A stretch of 64,000 bases of DNA from Lachnospiraceae bacterium. Its GTDB lineage: Bacteria > Bacillota > Clostridia > Lachnospirales > Lachnospiraceae. Numbering within the stretch: position 1 is the stretch's first letter; each line of letters begins with the position of its first letter. The notes under the pieces were generated by a model. It did not search any database. It was given only the letters and a program-made list of their open reading frames with translations, and was not told the origin of the DNA. A program made the translations under genes and the position numbers. Positions 1 through 10,296 of this stretch are shown one piece after another. The stretch covers positions 4,822 to 68,821 of the forward strand of contig CAAGJU010000018.1 of assembly GCA_900770225.1 (NCBI GenBank). Reading direction: 5' to 3'.

Positions 1-773
1 ATGGCGAACTCAATCCCCGCGATGCGTTTGGCAGTCATGAGGACGCGGACCATGTGTACAATACGCCGAGAGCGTGGTATATGGCAAAGAGGCTTCTGCC
101 GAATACCTTCCTCTGGGAAGGCCCGGACCGTGAATTCACACCGGAGTCAGATGATCTGCCATGGTGTCTTGTACCCGAGAAAAAAATAACGCCGGAGATG
201 ATCAAGTACCTGCTTTCCTCTCATTATCAGGGGACAGAGTATGATCCCTACGGCACCTACGGTCCGGAAGAAAACCGCGGCCGCTATCGCTCAATCGGCA
301 TCAACCGCACGGATGTGCTCGCCATGATGCAGATCCGTCCCTACAGGCCGGAGAGCAGCCGCACGGTTGAGTGGGTATGCTTCGGTTCCAATGCTTTTAA
401 CGCGTGGATCCCGCTCTATACCAATATCGTCGAAGTGCCGGCGTATCTGTCCAGCACGGATAAAAGCGTATCGACGGACAGCCTGTACTGGAACAGCCGC
501 CTGATCGGCGCACTCTCAGATGCGGCGTATAAGCAGAATCTGATCCACATCGAGCGCTATCAGCTGGCTGTGCAGTCAAAGGGCATGGAGAATCTGAATC
601 ACTATGATGTTCTGCTGGATAAGGCGGACGGGCTGGAAGCGCAGAAGATCTGTGAGGAGGCCAACCAGCATATGGCGGATGTCATGCAGAAGATGACATC
701 GGATACGCTCGGTAAAGTTCTGGATGAGGCCTGCGCGAACATGAAGAATTGCTATGCGCGATCGGACGCGTGA
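1..773 (+). CDS. C69 family dipeptidase, 5' end outside window
   Basis: Open frame from window edge: NPRDAFGSHEDADHVYNTPRAW...LSSHYQGTEYDPY...YRSIGINRT, typical C69 motifs. Confidence 0.85.
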   Translation, partial: GELNPRDAFGSHEDADHVYNTPRAWYMAKRLLPNTFLWEGPDREFTPESDDLPWCLVPEKKITPEMIKYLLSSHYQGTEYDPYGTYGPEENRGRYRSIGINRTDVLAMMQIRPYRPESSRTVEWVCFGSNAFNAWIPLYTNIVEVPAYLSSTDKSVSTDSLYWNSRLIGALSDAAYKQNLIHIERYQLAVQSKGMENLNHYDVLLDKADGLEAQKICEEANQHMADVMQKMTSDTLGKVLDEACANMKNCYARSDA

Positions 774-885
774 GCGAGATAATGCATGTAACGTGACCGT
801 GAGAACGGATACTGTTATGCGGGATCGGATGCATGAATGAAGATAAAAATATTGCTCCGAGCACACGAAAATTCCGCAATTCTAC

Positions 886-914
886 TTGTAGGCGGGAATG
901 GGGTGTGCTAAAAT
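886..914 (+). promoter_or_regulatory. sigma-A promoter of rpsB
   Basis: TTGTAG-17bp-TAAAAT with TG extension. Confidence 0.6.
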
Positions 915-929
915 AGTCAAGCTGTGTAT

Positions 930-1000
930 AAATCACGTGCAGGAATTTTCAGGGCGGTGCCTGTGAAAAGGTTCCCTGAGATAAGAACCGCACGGAAGTT
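930..1000 (+). ncRNA. rpsB 5' leader (t44/S2 autoregulatory leader-like)
   Basis: Structured UTR with central GGTGC motif between promoter and rpsB RBS, the usual position of this leader. Confidence 0.55.
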
Positions 1001-1023
1001 TAAAACCAAAAGGAGATACAGAC

Positions 1024-1773
1024 ATGAGCGTAGTATCAATGAAACAGTTACTCGAGGCTGGTGTTCACTTCGGACATCTCACAAGAAGATGGAACCCTAA
1101 GATGGCTCCGTACATCTACACAGAGCGCAACGGCATCTACATCATCGACCTTCAGAAGACAGTCGGCATGGTAGATGAGGCTTACAAGGCAGTTGCAGAC
1201 ATCGTAGCAGACGGCGGCCACATCCTTTTCGTCGGCACCAAGAAGCAGGCACAGGATACAATCCGTACCGAGGCTGAGAGATGCGGCGAGTACTATGTCA
1301 ATGAGAGATGGCTCGGCGGTATGCTGACCAACTTCAAGACCGTTCAGACCCGTATCGAGAGACTGAAAGAGATCGAGAAGATGCAGGAGGACGGCACCTT
1401 TGATGTACTTCCGAAGAAGGAAGTTGCCGGCCTGATGAAAGAGTATGACAAACTGCAGAAGAACCTCGGCGGCATCAAGGAAATGAAGAAGATCCCGGAA
1501 GCTATTTTTGTAGTAGATCCGAAGAAGGAGCACATCTGCGTAGAAGAGGCTCACGCACTGGGCATCACCCTGATCGGTATCTGCGATACCAACTGCGATC
1601 CTGAGGATCTTGACTATGTCATCCCGGGCAACGATGATGCTATCCGTGCCGTAAAACTGCTTGTATCCAAGATGGCAGATGCTGTCGTTGAGGCAAAGCA
1701 GGGTGCAGCGCAGGAGTCAGGTGACGAGGCAGCCGAGGAAGCAGCTGCAGTTGCAGCAGACACTGAGGCATAA
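1024..1773 (+). CDS. rpsB: 30S ribosomal protein S2
   Basis: [13 protein letters not shown]...WNPKM...GNDDAIRAV. Confidence 0.99.
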   Translation: MSVVSMKQLLEAGVHFGHLTRRWNPKMAPYIYTERNGIYIIDLQKTVGMVDEAYKAVADIVADGGHILFVGTKKQAQDTIRTEAERCGEYYVNERWLGGMLTNFKTVQTRIERLKEIEKMQEDGTFDVLPKKEVAGLMKEYDKLQKNLGGIKEMKKIPEAIFVVDPKKEHICVEEAHALGITLIGICDTNCDPEDLDYVIPGNDDAIRAVKLLVSKMADAVVEAKQGAAQESGDEAAEEAAAVAADTEA

Positions 1774-1936
1774 GCCAGAACGTCATACACATTTGCCGTG
1801 CACAATGGCTTCGGCAGATACTGCAGATAAGACAGGTGCAGAGAGCAGAAGTGCGTAGCATAACGCACATGTATCATAAGACAGAGAGGTCGCCCCAGGG
1901 TAGCCTCTCCTTATTCGCAAACAGGAGGATTTATTG

Positions 1937-2881
1937 ATGGCAGCAATTACAGCAGCTCTTGTAAAACAGCTGAGAGACATCACCGGTGCCGGCATGATGG
2001 ACTGCAAGAAAGCCCTGACTGCTACCGACGGTGACATTGACAAGGCAGTAGAGAACCTTCGTGAGAACGGCAAGGCAGCAGCACAGAAGAAAGCCGGCCG
2101 TATCGCAGCAGAAGGTATCGTAATGTTTAAGTCCACAGAGGACGGCAAGAAGGCAGCAATCGTTGAGGTTAACTCCGAGACAGACTTCGTTGCCAAGAAC
2201 GAGAAGTTCCGCACCTATGTAGAGCAGGTTGCAGATCAGGCTCTGACAACAACAGCCAAGGATATCGACGCATTCCTCGCTGAGCCGTGGAAGTTCGAAG
2301 AGGGCAAGTCCGTTAAGGATGCTCTGGATTCCGAGATCGCCGTTATCTCCGAGAACATGCACATCCGTCGTTTCGCACAGGTTGAGGAGCAGAACGGTTT
2401 CGTAGCTACTTACAACCATGCGGACGGCAAGATCGGTGTTCTGGTTGACGTTGAGACAGATGTCATCAACGACGCTATCAAAGAGATGGCAAAGAACGTA
2501 GCTATGCAGATCGCAGCTATGAGACCGAAGTACACCAGCAATGCTGAGGTACCGGCAGACTACATCGCACATGAGAAAGAGATCCTTCGTGCCGCAGTAG
2601 CCAACGATCCGAAAGAGGCTTCCAAACCGGCAAAGGTTATCGAGGGCATCGTAGCCGGCCGTGTAAACAAGGAGCTGAAGGAGATCGTTCTTCTTGACCA
2701 GGTATACGTAAAAGCTGAGGACGGCAAGCAGTCCGTTCAGAAGTACGTTGATCAGGTTGCAAAAGCAAACGGCGCCAAGGTTACCATCAAGGGCTTCGTT
2801 CGTTACGAGACCGGTGAAGGCCTTGAGAAGAAGCAGGAGAACTTCGCTGAGGAAGTTGCAGCACAGGCACTTGGCAAATAA
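1937..2881 (+). CDS. tsf: Elongation factor Ts
   Basis: LRDITGAGMMDCKKAL, EVNSETDFVAKN; follows rpsB. Confidence 0.99.
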   Translation: MAAITAALVKQLRDITGAGMMDCKKALTATDGDIDKAVENLRENGKAAAQKKAGRIAAEGIVMFKSTEDGKKAAIVEVNSETDFVAKNEKFRTYVEQVADQALTTTAKDIDAFLAEPWKFEEGKSVKDALDSEIAVISENMHIRRFAQVEEQNGFVATYNHADGKIGVLVDVETDVINDAIKEMAKNVAMQIAAMRPKYTSNAEVPADYIAHEKEILRAAVANDPKEASKPAKVIEGIVAGRVNKELKEIVLLDQVYVKAEDGKQSVQKYVDQVAKANGAKVTIKGFVRYETGEGLEKKQENFAEEVAAQALGK

Positions 2882-2965
2882 CTTGGGGAGTGGTTTTACC
2901 AAAAATAATTTCAGGATGGTTTTGCTAAACTTTGGGTATGCCAGTCCACTGAATAAGATTTTTAA

Positions 2966-3003
2966 AGAGGAAATCGTGAAGAACGGTTTCCTCTTTTCTT
3001 TTT
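2966..3003 (+). terminator. Intrinsic terminator of rpsB-tsf
   Basis: AAGAGGAAATCG...CGGTTTCCTCTT followed by T-rich tract. Confidence 0.8.
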
Positions 3004-3212
3004 AGCAAAATCTATATTGTTATCCATAGTAATATAAATCATTTATATGTCAGACCACCTTCGGGACGGTCTTTTTTGTACAGAAAGTTGAGGAAGGATA
3101 GCAGTAATTAAGATACTCCGAATGAAGATTTCTCAGTGGTGCATTTTCACGGTTTTCAGTATAATGATGATGTCTGAGAACGAAAAAACGTGATTTGGAG
3201 GAATTACACGTT

Positions 3213-3596
3213 ATGCAAATTGAACATGTTGCGATGTATTTTAATGATCTTGAAACGGCGAGAAATTTCTTTATGAATTATTTCGGAGCTTCCTCAAATG
3301 ATGGATACCATAATACAAAAACTGATTTCCGGTCGTATTTTCTTTCCTTTGATGATGGCGCAAGATTGGAAATAATGAATAAGCCCAATATGGAAGATCC
3401 CCAAAAGACGCTTAACCGAACGGGTCTGATTCACATTGCGTTTAGTGTAGGATGCAAAGAAAAAGTAGATGAACTTACCGCAGAGCTGAAATCTGACGGA
3501 TATGAAGTCGTCAGCGGACCTCGTACAACAGGCGATGGATATTATGAAAGCTGTGTCGTCGCATTAGAGGAAAATCAGATAGAGATTACGATATAA
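3213..3596 (+). CDS. VOC/glyoxalase family protein
   Basis: IEHVAMY...HIAFSVG...[12 protein letters not shown]. Confidence 0.9.
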   Translation: MQIEHVAMYFNDLETARNFFMNYFGASSNDGYHNTKTDFRSYFLSFDDGARLEIMNKPNMEDPQKTLNRTGLIHIAFSVGCKEKVDELTAELKSDGYEVVSGPRTTGDGYYESCVVALEENQIEITI

Positions 3597-3722
3597 CAAA
3601 TTTAACGTGGGTGTGAGTGTCAGGTAAATAACAGTGATTACGATGCATGATAATGGAAATATCATTACAACGGGAATATTAGAGGAAACTTATACTGCCA
3701 GGCAGGAGAAACAGGACAAATT

Positions 3723-4133
3723 ATGGTAAGGGATATTATTCACGATCCGATTTTTCTGAGTCAGAAATCGGAACCGGCCGGTAAGGAAGATCTTCAGACG
3801 GCCAGAGATCTTCTGGATACACTGAAGGCGAACAGAGAGCGCTGTGTCGGCATGGCAGCCAATATGATCGGCGTCCGGAAGAACATTATCGTTGTAAATA
3901 TCGGGTTTGCAGATATACTGATGCTTAATCCGGTTATCACCGGAAAGACGGGAGAGTACGAGACCGAAGAAGGCTGTCTGTCGTTGAGCGGTACGAGGAA
4001 AACGAAAAGGTATCGGGATATTGAAGTCGATTATCAGGATATGGATCTGAAGAAACATCATCAGAAGTTTTCAGGATTTCCGGCACAGATCATCCAGCAT
4101 GAGGTGGATCACCTGCAGGGCATTTTGATTTGA
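3723..4133 (+). CDS. def: Peptide deformylase (short type)
   Basis: GMAANMIG, EGCLS and QHEVDHLQG motifs. Confidence 0.92.
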   Translation: MVRDIIHDPIFLSQKSEPAGKEDLQTARDLLDTLKANRERCVGMAANMIGVRKNIIVVNIGFADILMLNPVITGKTGEYETEEGCLSLSGTRKTKRYRDIEVDYQDMDLKKHHQKFSGFPAQIIQHEVDHLQGILI

Positions 4134-4160
4134 GCGGCTGGCAGCAGAATATACACCATG

Positions 4161-4220
4161 TTGTCAAATATCGAAACTGTGATACAATAATTTATAATGT
4201 AAATCAAATTAGTTTACATT
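4161..4220 (+). promoter_or_regulatory. Promoter plus inverted-repeat operator of AbiE-like pair
   Basis: TTGTCA-16bp-TACAAT, then AATGTAAA-9bp-TTTACATT palindrome. Confidence 0.55.
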
Positions 4221-4255
4221 GAAAATTAATGTATTAAATGGCGGAGATGGTGATC

Positions 4256-5212
4256 GTGAACAAGTTTCTTGAGGAAACCCTGCATATTCCTGTTGATAGC
4301 GAAAATTTTGCGGAAGAGGGCAAACTGCCTCTCGCTATATTATGTCACTATCGATTTGAGGTAATCCGAGTTCTGGAGACAGATTATATTGTCGTCACAC
4401 CGCAGGATCGCATGGACTCCCGGACAATGATCAGGGACATCCATCGGATAGAGAAATTACTTGGAAAACGTTGCATTCTGAGCGTGTCAGAAAACACGCA
4501 GTGGTCTAATCAGCGGTTGATAGAGGAAAATATACCTTTTATTGAAGAAGGAAAACAGATTTATCTGCCTGATCTTGGAGTGCTGTTATCAGATCATAAA
4601 GAACGGAAGCTAAAAGATGTCGGTCAAATTTCATATCTGACACAGAAAGTGCTTTTGACAGCACTGTACGAAAACTGGTCAGATATATCCGTTTCAAAGG
4701 CTGCCAGCAGGCTTCAGGTATCTCGCATGGCTATCACTATGGCTTATGACGAGGCCGAGGTTCTGGGGTTGCCTTACATAAGGAAGCGTGGAAACAGCCG
4801 ATGCTTTACAGCAAACCATGACAGAAAGCAGATGTGGGAAGAAATCCTGCCTGTACTGCGCAGCCCGGTTGTAAAGAATTTGAGGTTGAAAGAATTGCCG
4901 GAATATATTGATACGGCGTTATTCTCGGGATACAGTGCGCTTTCAGGATATTCTCTTATTGATGATGATGTATATAAAACATATGCGGTCCTGAAATCGG
5001 ATATTCACAAATATCGTGAATATAAAGCTGTGAACGCCGGAGATGTGCCTGCCTGTGTAATTCAGGAGATGGGATATCTGATCCCGGGGAAAGATGAACG
5101 CATTCATGCAGTAGATCCATGTAGCGTTTATCTTTCCATGCGGGAGGAAGCGGAGCATGATCCCCGCACATCTATGGCATTGGATGAAATGATGGAGGAA
5201 TATGTATGGTAG
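4256..5212 (+). CDS. wHTH transcriptional regulator, probable type IV TA (AbiEi-like) antitoxin
   Basis: Central HTH (VSKAASRLQVSRMAIT); overlaps downstream nucleotidyltransferase; IR operator upstream. Confidence 0.6.
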   Translation: MNKFLEETLHIPVDSENFAEEGKLPLAILCHYRFEVIRVLETDYIVVTPQDRMDSRTMIRDIHRIEKLLGKRCILSVSENTQWSNQRLIEENIPFIEEGKQIYLPDLGVLLSDHKERKLKDVGQISYLTQKVLLTALYENWSDISVSKAASRLQVSRMAITMAYDEAEVLGLPYIRKRGNSRCFTANHDRKQMWEEILPVLRSPVVKNLRLKELPEYIDTALFSGYSALSGYSLIDDDVYKTYAVLKSDIHKYREYKAVNAGDVPACVIQEMGYLIPGKDERIHAVDPCSVYLSMREEAEHDPRTSMALDEMMEEYVW

Positions 5213-5952
5213 GGCTTGAGAAATTTAAGAAGTATTTCAGGGATTATCCTGATCAGTATATTTTGATCGGTGGGGCCGCATGTACTATTTCCTTCAGGGA
5301 GGCAGATCTGGAATTTCGTGCAACGAGGGACATTGATATGGTTCTCATAGTTGAAGCTCTCACAAGAGAATTTGGCGAACGCCTGTGGCAATTTATCCGA
5401 GAGGGTGGATATGTGAATCGTGCAAAGAGCACTGGGCAGCCGCAGTTCTATCGCTTTTCCAAACCAACAGAACCTGATTTTCCGAAGATGATAGAACTGT
5501 TTTCAAGAGCACAGTGGACATTGGAGACTGATTCGGCAGTCACTCCGCTTCATATAGATGACAGTGTATCCAGTCTGTCAGCTATTTTGCTAAATGAAGC
5601 CTACTACAATCTGTTGATAAAGGGACGTGAGATTATTGATGGTATTTCTGTTCTGACTCCGACATATTTGATTCCATTTAAAGCCAAAGCATGGCTTGAC
5701 CTTCAGGAGAAGTCTGATCAGGGAAGTCACGTGGATACAAGGGATATACATAAACATCGCAAAGACATTGTTGAATTGGTGGAGGAATTTCCTCTTCAGA
5801 AGATAGAACTGCCAGCAGAAGTGCATGATGACATGATGCAGTTTATGGAGCGAATCAACTATACAGATCAGGATTTGAAAAATTACAGGATAAGAAACAT
5901 TACTGCAGCAGAGCTGGTGCAGAAACTGCGAAGCAGTTATATGCTTGAATGA
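5206..5952 (+). CDS. Nucleotidyltransferase, AbiEii-like toxin
   Basis: LIGGAAC...RATRDIDM Pol-beta NTase signature; KAKAW..L and KH..D motifs. Confidence 0.7.
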   Translation: MVGLEKFKKYFRDYPDQYILIGGAACTISFREADLEFRATRDIDMVLIVEALTREFGERLWQFIREGGYVNRAKSTGQPQFYRFSKPTEPDFPKMIELFSRAQWTLETDSAVTPLHIDDSVSSLSAILLNEAYYNLLIKGREIIDGISVLTPTYLIPFKAKAWLDLQEKSDQGSHVDTRDIHKHRKDIVELVEEFPLQKIELPAEVHDDMMQFMERINYTDQDLKNYRIRNITAAELVQKLRSSYMLE

Positions 5953-6026
5953 TTGAAATAAAAAGGGTGTTTATGTAAAAATGGCCAGAAGAAATATGAT
6001 TACACATCTGGCTGACAGGAGTGAAT

Positions 6027-6566
6027 ATGTGGAAATGTCCAAAGTGCGGAAGACAGTTCCGCAATGAAAATCAACCGCATTACTGTGGCGAAAAACCGAA
6101 AACCGTCGAAGAATACATCCATTCATTTGATCCGGAGGTCCAGAGTCAGCTCGAATCCGTGCGGGAGTGCATTCGCGCTGCTGTTCCGGATGCCGTGGAA
6201 AAAATATCATGGAGCATGCCCACCTACTGGAATGGGCATAATATCATTCACTTTGCGGCGCAGAAAAAACACATCGGTCTTTATCCGGGACCGGAAGCAG
6301 TAGAACATTTTGCGCCGAAACTTGAGGCGGCTCATCTCAGGTACAGTAAGGGATCCATTCAGATCCCATACAGCGAATCTCTGCCTCTTTCTTTGATACA
6401 GGAAATTGCAAAATGGTGCTATTTTGGCGGGGAACCATGCGAGAACTCAGCAGTTTCTGCAATGAAATACTTGCAGGACCAGCTTAAAGGTAAAGCAGAA
6501 GGGCTTGGAATTGAATCGGAGCAGGACGTTGAGAAGCTGATGAAATCTATCAGAGATGAGGATTAA
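6027..6566 (+). CDS. Zn-ribbon + DUF1801 (YdhG-like) protein with a probably foreign C-terminal tail
   Basis: WKCPKCG, EKISWSMPTY, HFAAQKKHIGLYPG; tail NSAVSAM...DVEKLMKSIR resembles an AbrB-family C-terminus. Confidence 0.75.
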   Translation: MWKCPKCGRQFRNENQPHYCGEKPKTVEEYIHSFDPEVQSQLESVRECIRAAVPDAVEKISWSMPTYWNGHNIIHFAAQKKHIGLYPGPEAVEHFAPKLEAAHLRYSKGSIQIPYSESLPLSLIQEIAKWCYFGGEPCENSAVSAMKYLQDQLKGKAEGLGIESEQDVEKLMKSIRDED

Positions 6567-6581
6567 GGATGAAGGTGGAAA

Positions 6582-6941
6582 ATGATTGATTGTTTGATTG
6601 TTGCACTGGGTGGCGCCTGCGGAGCAGTAGGAAGATACCTGATCGGGTTGATTCCTGTTCAGCCGCAGAACGGATTCCCGGTAAAAACATTTCTGATAAA
6701 CGTAGCAGGGTCTTTTCTGATTGGGATCATTGCGGCACTGGCAGCAAAAAACGCTCTTAATCCGAAACTTGTAACATTTGTTAAGGTGGGAATCTGCGGT
6801 GGATTTACTACGTTTTCATCATTTGCCCTGGAGACAGACCAGTTGATAGGCGAAGGGCATTGGGCAACAGCGTTCTGTTATGTGCTGCTGAGTATTGTGT
6901 GCGCAGTGATAGCCGTATTCGCCGCTGAAAGAATGATTTAA
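6582..6941 (+). CDS. crcB: Fluoride channel CrcB/FluC
   Basis: ALGGACGAVGRY, GGFTTFSSF. Confidence 0.95.
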   Translation: MIDCLIVALGGACGAVGRYLIGLIPVQPQNGFPVKTFLINVAGSFLIGIIAALAAKNALNPKLVTFVKVGICGGFTTFSSFALETDQLIGEGHWATAFCYVLLSIVCAVIAVFAAERMI

Positions 6942-6993
6942 CTGGAATATTAGAGGAAACTTATACTGCCAGATAGGAGAACCAGGACCAATT

Positions 6994-7131
6994 ATGGTAA
7001 GGGATATCATTCATGATCCGATTTTTCTAAGTCAGGATATGGATCTGAAGAAACATCATCAGAAGTTCTCCGGGTTTCCGGCGCAGATTATTCGGCATGA
7101 GGTGGATCACCTGCAGGGTATTCTGATTTGA
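6994..7131 (+). pseudogene. Internally deleted second copy of peptide deformylase (45 codons)
   Basis: Matches start and end of 3723-4133; 273-nt in-frame deletion at TCAG microhomology. Confidence 0.9.
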
Positions 7132-7207
7132 GCGGCTGGCAGCAGAATATACACATGTTGTCAAATATCGAAACTGTGATACAACAATTTCAAATGTAAA
7201 TTAAAAT

Positions 7208-7260
7208 GATCGCGGGAGCGCGTAGCGATCCGGTTATCATACTTATGACACCTATATCAC
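7208..7260 (+). repeat. Dispersed structured element family 1, partial copy
   Basis: GATCGCGGGAGCGCGTAGCGATCCGGTTATCATACTTATGACACC matches 3' half of 30823 and 38831 copies. Confidence 0.85.
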
Positions 7261-7339
7261 TATATATTTCCGTAGAAGAGGGATGACCTCGATTTTTTCA
7301 AAGAAACAGTCATAGATTGCATCAGAAAATAACGGACGG

Positions 7340-7558
7340 GTGGCCAGAAATGTTCTTCATGAATGGTTCCGCAGTGGGTTGGCAATGCTTCCGATATCGC
7401 TGGGGACAATAATTTTCTTTTATGGAAAGAGTGTTGATGCGATCGGTGGTGCGGTATCGATCATTGTGATTCTTCAGAGTATTGTCATGATTCTGGTCAT
7501 CCCGGCCACAGAAGCGGCGCTGAAAAGGAATTTTGATGATAACGGGAAACGCAGATGA
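7340..7558 (+). pseudogene. SdpI/YhfL-family membrane protein, C-terminal fragment
   Basis: Two TM segments ending IPATEAALKRNFDDNGKRR; N-terminus missing. Confidence 0.6.
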
Positions 7559-7636
7559 TGGGAAACGCAGATAACCTCCAGTACGGATAAAATCAAAGCA
7601 ACGCTCAATACATTCGGAAGATCATAAGGAAATAAT

Positions 7637-8491
7637 ATGGAAAGAAAAGGACTGATCCGCATCGGACAGATGGCGGAGATGAATCATACAACAATCGCCA
7701 CACTCCGGCTGTACGATAAAGAAGGACTTCTGAAGCCTGCCTATACGGACCCGGAAACGGAATACCGCTATTATGACATCCGGCAGAATGCGCGTCTTGA
7801 TCTGATCGCTTATATGAAAGAGCTTGGTATGAGTCTCAGTGAAATCCGATCCGTACTGAAGAGTGGCGATCTGACAAGAGTTGAGAGCATCCTGTCAGAG
7901 CGAAACGAACAGATTTACGCGGAAATCCGCGAACTGGAAATGCAGCACAATGCCGTGAACCGGGCGATACATGCGATCGAACGCTACCGCAAGTCCCCTG
8001 ACAAAGGCACGATTTCACTGGAATACATTGAGCGCCGTTACATCAGCGGGATTCCATGCCCGAACAATTTCTATCAGGGCGGTATACGGGATTTTGAGGA
8101 CTGCCTGACAGACCTCAGAGCAACCCTGATTGCGAAACAAATCCCGAACATCCACACCTACAGCGTCGGCACGTCAATCCGGAAGGAGGATTTCACAGCA
8201 GGACGTATGCAGGCGGACAGGATTTTTATGTTCGCGGACTACACGCTATACAAAGAGCGCAGGGATATAGAGCCCGTAGACAGCGGCATGTATGCCTGTA
8301 TCTACGCGGATAATTTTGACGACGAACTCTCATATGCATCCAGACTTTTAGATTACTGTAAAAAGAATAACTACACAATTTCAGGCGATTATTTTTGTGA
8401 AATAATGTCAGAGTTCAGAATCTTCGACGACATGCAGAGAAATATGTTCCTGCGCCTGCAGGTTCCCATCGATTTCGCACGGCACCAGTAA
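7637..8491 (+). CDS. MerR family regulator with GyrI-like effector domain
   Basis: IGQMAEMNHTTIATLRLYD..GLL.P...YRYY. Confidence 0.92.
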   Translation: MERKGLIRIGQMAEMNHTTIATLRLYDKEGLLKPAYTDPETEYRYYDIRQNARLDLIAYMKELGMSLSEIRSVLKSGDLTRVESILSERNEQIYAEIRELEMQHNAVNRAIHAIERYRKSPDKGTISLEYIERRYISGIPCPNNFYQGGIRDFEDCLTDLRATLIAKQIPNIHTYSVGTSIRKEDFTAGRMQADRIFMFADYTLYKERRDIEPVDSGMYACIYADNFDDELSYASRLLDYCKKNNYTISGDYFCEIMSEFRIFDDMQRNMFLRLQVPIDFARHQ

Positions 8492-8529
8492 GGCGTCCTT
8501 CCGTGCGCCGCACGCATATTATTTTTATC

Positions 8530-8560
8530 TTGACTCTCATCCGGAAACAGACTTTATACT
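8530..8560 (+). promoter_or_regulatory. MerR-type promoter with 19-bp spacer
   Basis: TTGACT-19bp-TATACT directly after the MerR gene. Confidence 0.7.
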
Positions 8561-8592
8561 GTCTGTATAAAAGATAAGGAGGGCAAGTAGCA

Positions 8593-9621
8593 ATGCGTAA
8601 GGTAAAAGTGGTTCAGTATGGGTGTGGCAAGATGAGCAAGTACACGCTTCGGTATGCGTATGAGCACGGAGCCGAAATTGTTGGCGCGATTGATGTCAAC
8701 CCGAAGGTGGTCGGCATGGATGTCGGAGACTGGGCCGGGCTCGGGCTGAAGACAGGCGTGATTATCTCGGACAATGCCGATAAGGTCCTGGATAATTGCG
8801 ATGCGGACGTCGCAATCGTAACGCTTTTCAGCTTTGTGAAAGACATTTATCCGATGGTGGAAAAGTGCGTGAGCCGCGGAATCAATGTCATCACGACATG
8901 CGAGGAAGCTATTTATCCCTGGACGACAGCGGCGCCGGAGGTGAACCGGCTGGACAAGATCGCAAAAGAGCACAACTGCACGATCGCCGGAACCGGTATG
9001 CAGGATATTTTCTGGGTAAATATGGTAGCCATGGCCGCGGCCGGCTGTAACCGCATTTCAAAAATAAAGGGAGCGTACAGCTACAACGTCGATGAATACG
9101 GTATGGCGCTCGCCAATGCCCACGGATGTGACCTGACGCCGGAAGAGTTCGAGAAGAAGATCGCGCACCCGGAAGTCTTTGAAGCTTCCTACGCCTGGAA
9201 CTCGGTTGAGGCGCTCTGCAATAAACTCCATCTGACCATCCGGAGCATCAGCCAGAAGCATGTCCCGATCACGCTCGACCATGACATTTACAGCGAGACG
9301 CTCGGTAAAGATATCAAAGCCGGCCGGTGCATCGGCATGTCTGCGGTCGTAACGGCGGAGACCGCGCAGGGAATCACCGTCGAGGAAGAGACCATCGGCA
9401 AGGTTTACGCCCCGGAAGACGGCGATATGTGCGACTGGTGGATCACCGGTGAGCCAACGCTTGAATACCATGTGGTAAAGCCGGTGACTGTCGAGCATAC
9501 CTGCTCTACACTGATAAATCGTCTGCCGACGCTGATTAATGCGCCTGCCGGATACGTCACAGCGGATCAGCTGGAGCCGGTCTCCTACATGCCGTACCCG
9601 ATGGAATTCTATGTAAAGTGA
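8593..9621 (+). CDS. NAD(P)H-dependent amine dehydrogenase / 2,4-diaminopentanoate dehydrogenase-like (DapB_N fold)
   Basis: VVQYGCGKM Rossmann start, [11 protein letters not shown]-terminal INAPAGYVT. Confidence 0.75.
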   Translation: MRKVKVVQYGCGKMSKYTLRYAYEHGAEIVGAIDVNPKVVGMDVGDWAGLGLKTGVIISDNADKVLDNCDADVAIVTLFSFVKDIYPMVEKCVSRGINVITTCEEAIYPWTTAAPEVNRLDKIAKEHNCTIAGTGMQDIFWVNMVAMAAAGCNRISKIKGAYSYNVDEYGMALANAHGCDLTPEEFEKKIAHPEVFEASYAWNSVEALCNKLHLTIRSISQKHVPITLDHDIYSETLGKDIKAGRCIGMSAVVTAETAQGITVEEETIGKVYAPEDGDMCDWWITGEPTLEYHVVKPVTVEHTCSTLINRLPTLINAPAGYVTADQLEPVSYMPYPMEFYVK

Positions 9622-10068
9622 CCCGAAGAAAAGCCGGAGCTCTGGCTCAGGAATCTGTCGGTATCAGGCGACAGGGCAGAGGTTTTTCAGATGTGGATCA
9701 GGAAAAAGATAACAGGATAAAGTACGACGGCAGCTGCCAGAAATGGCAGCTGTTTTTTCATCTGTTTCTTCTGTTTTCGGCGCCGGCTCGCCATGCAGCA
9801 GTTGATGGAAGTCCACTTCGCCAAAGGAAATATCACCCAGGTTGATGCAGCAGGTTCCCATGCGGATGATTTCATTCAGCATATCTCAGAAAAAATATGT
9901 AAACGGTAGAGAAGGAGATTTCGAGCTTTACCATCAGAGGAAGCAGGGGATGCGGGGCTTCAGGCAGCCGATGAGTCATTTCTTTAGATGATCACAAGAC
10001 ATATTAAACAAATATATTGATAAAATTCACAAAAAAGTTTAATGTTGTGGTATAAGGAGATGACTCAT

Positions 10069-10296
10069 ATGCGGATTGATGATGAACTGAAAATTCTGGC
10101 TGTTAAAACAGGTATGACGGTTACAGAAATTGGGCGCAGATTGGACAAATCTCCTCAGGCATTCAGTCAGAAAATAAAACGAGGCACTTTTACGCTGGAT
10201 GATCTGCAGGAGATAGCGCTGGTTACCGGATGTAGTTTTGAATGCGCTTTCATCTTGCCAAACGGTGAACATATCAGGATTGGAGGAGACCAATGA
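10069..10296 (+). CDS. Small XRE-like HTH protein
   Basis: TVTEIGRRLDKSPQAFSQKIKRG. Confidence 0.8.
   Translation: MRIDDELKILAVKTGMTVTEIGRRLDKSPQAFSQKIKRGTFTLDDLQEIALVTGCSFECAFILPNGEHIRIGGDQ

Noticed and set aside
6540..6582. Fluoride riboswitch upstream of crcB
   Set aside because: Only 15 nt intergenic and no recognisable aptamer consensus.
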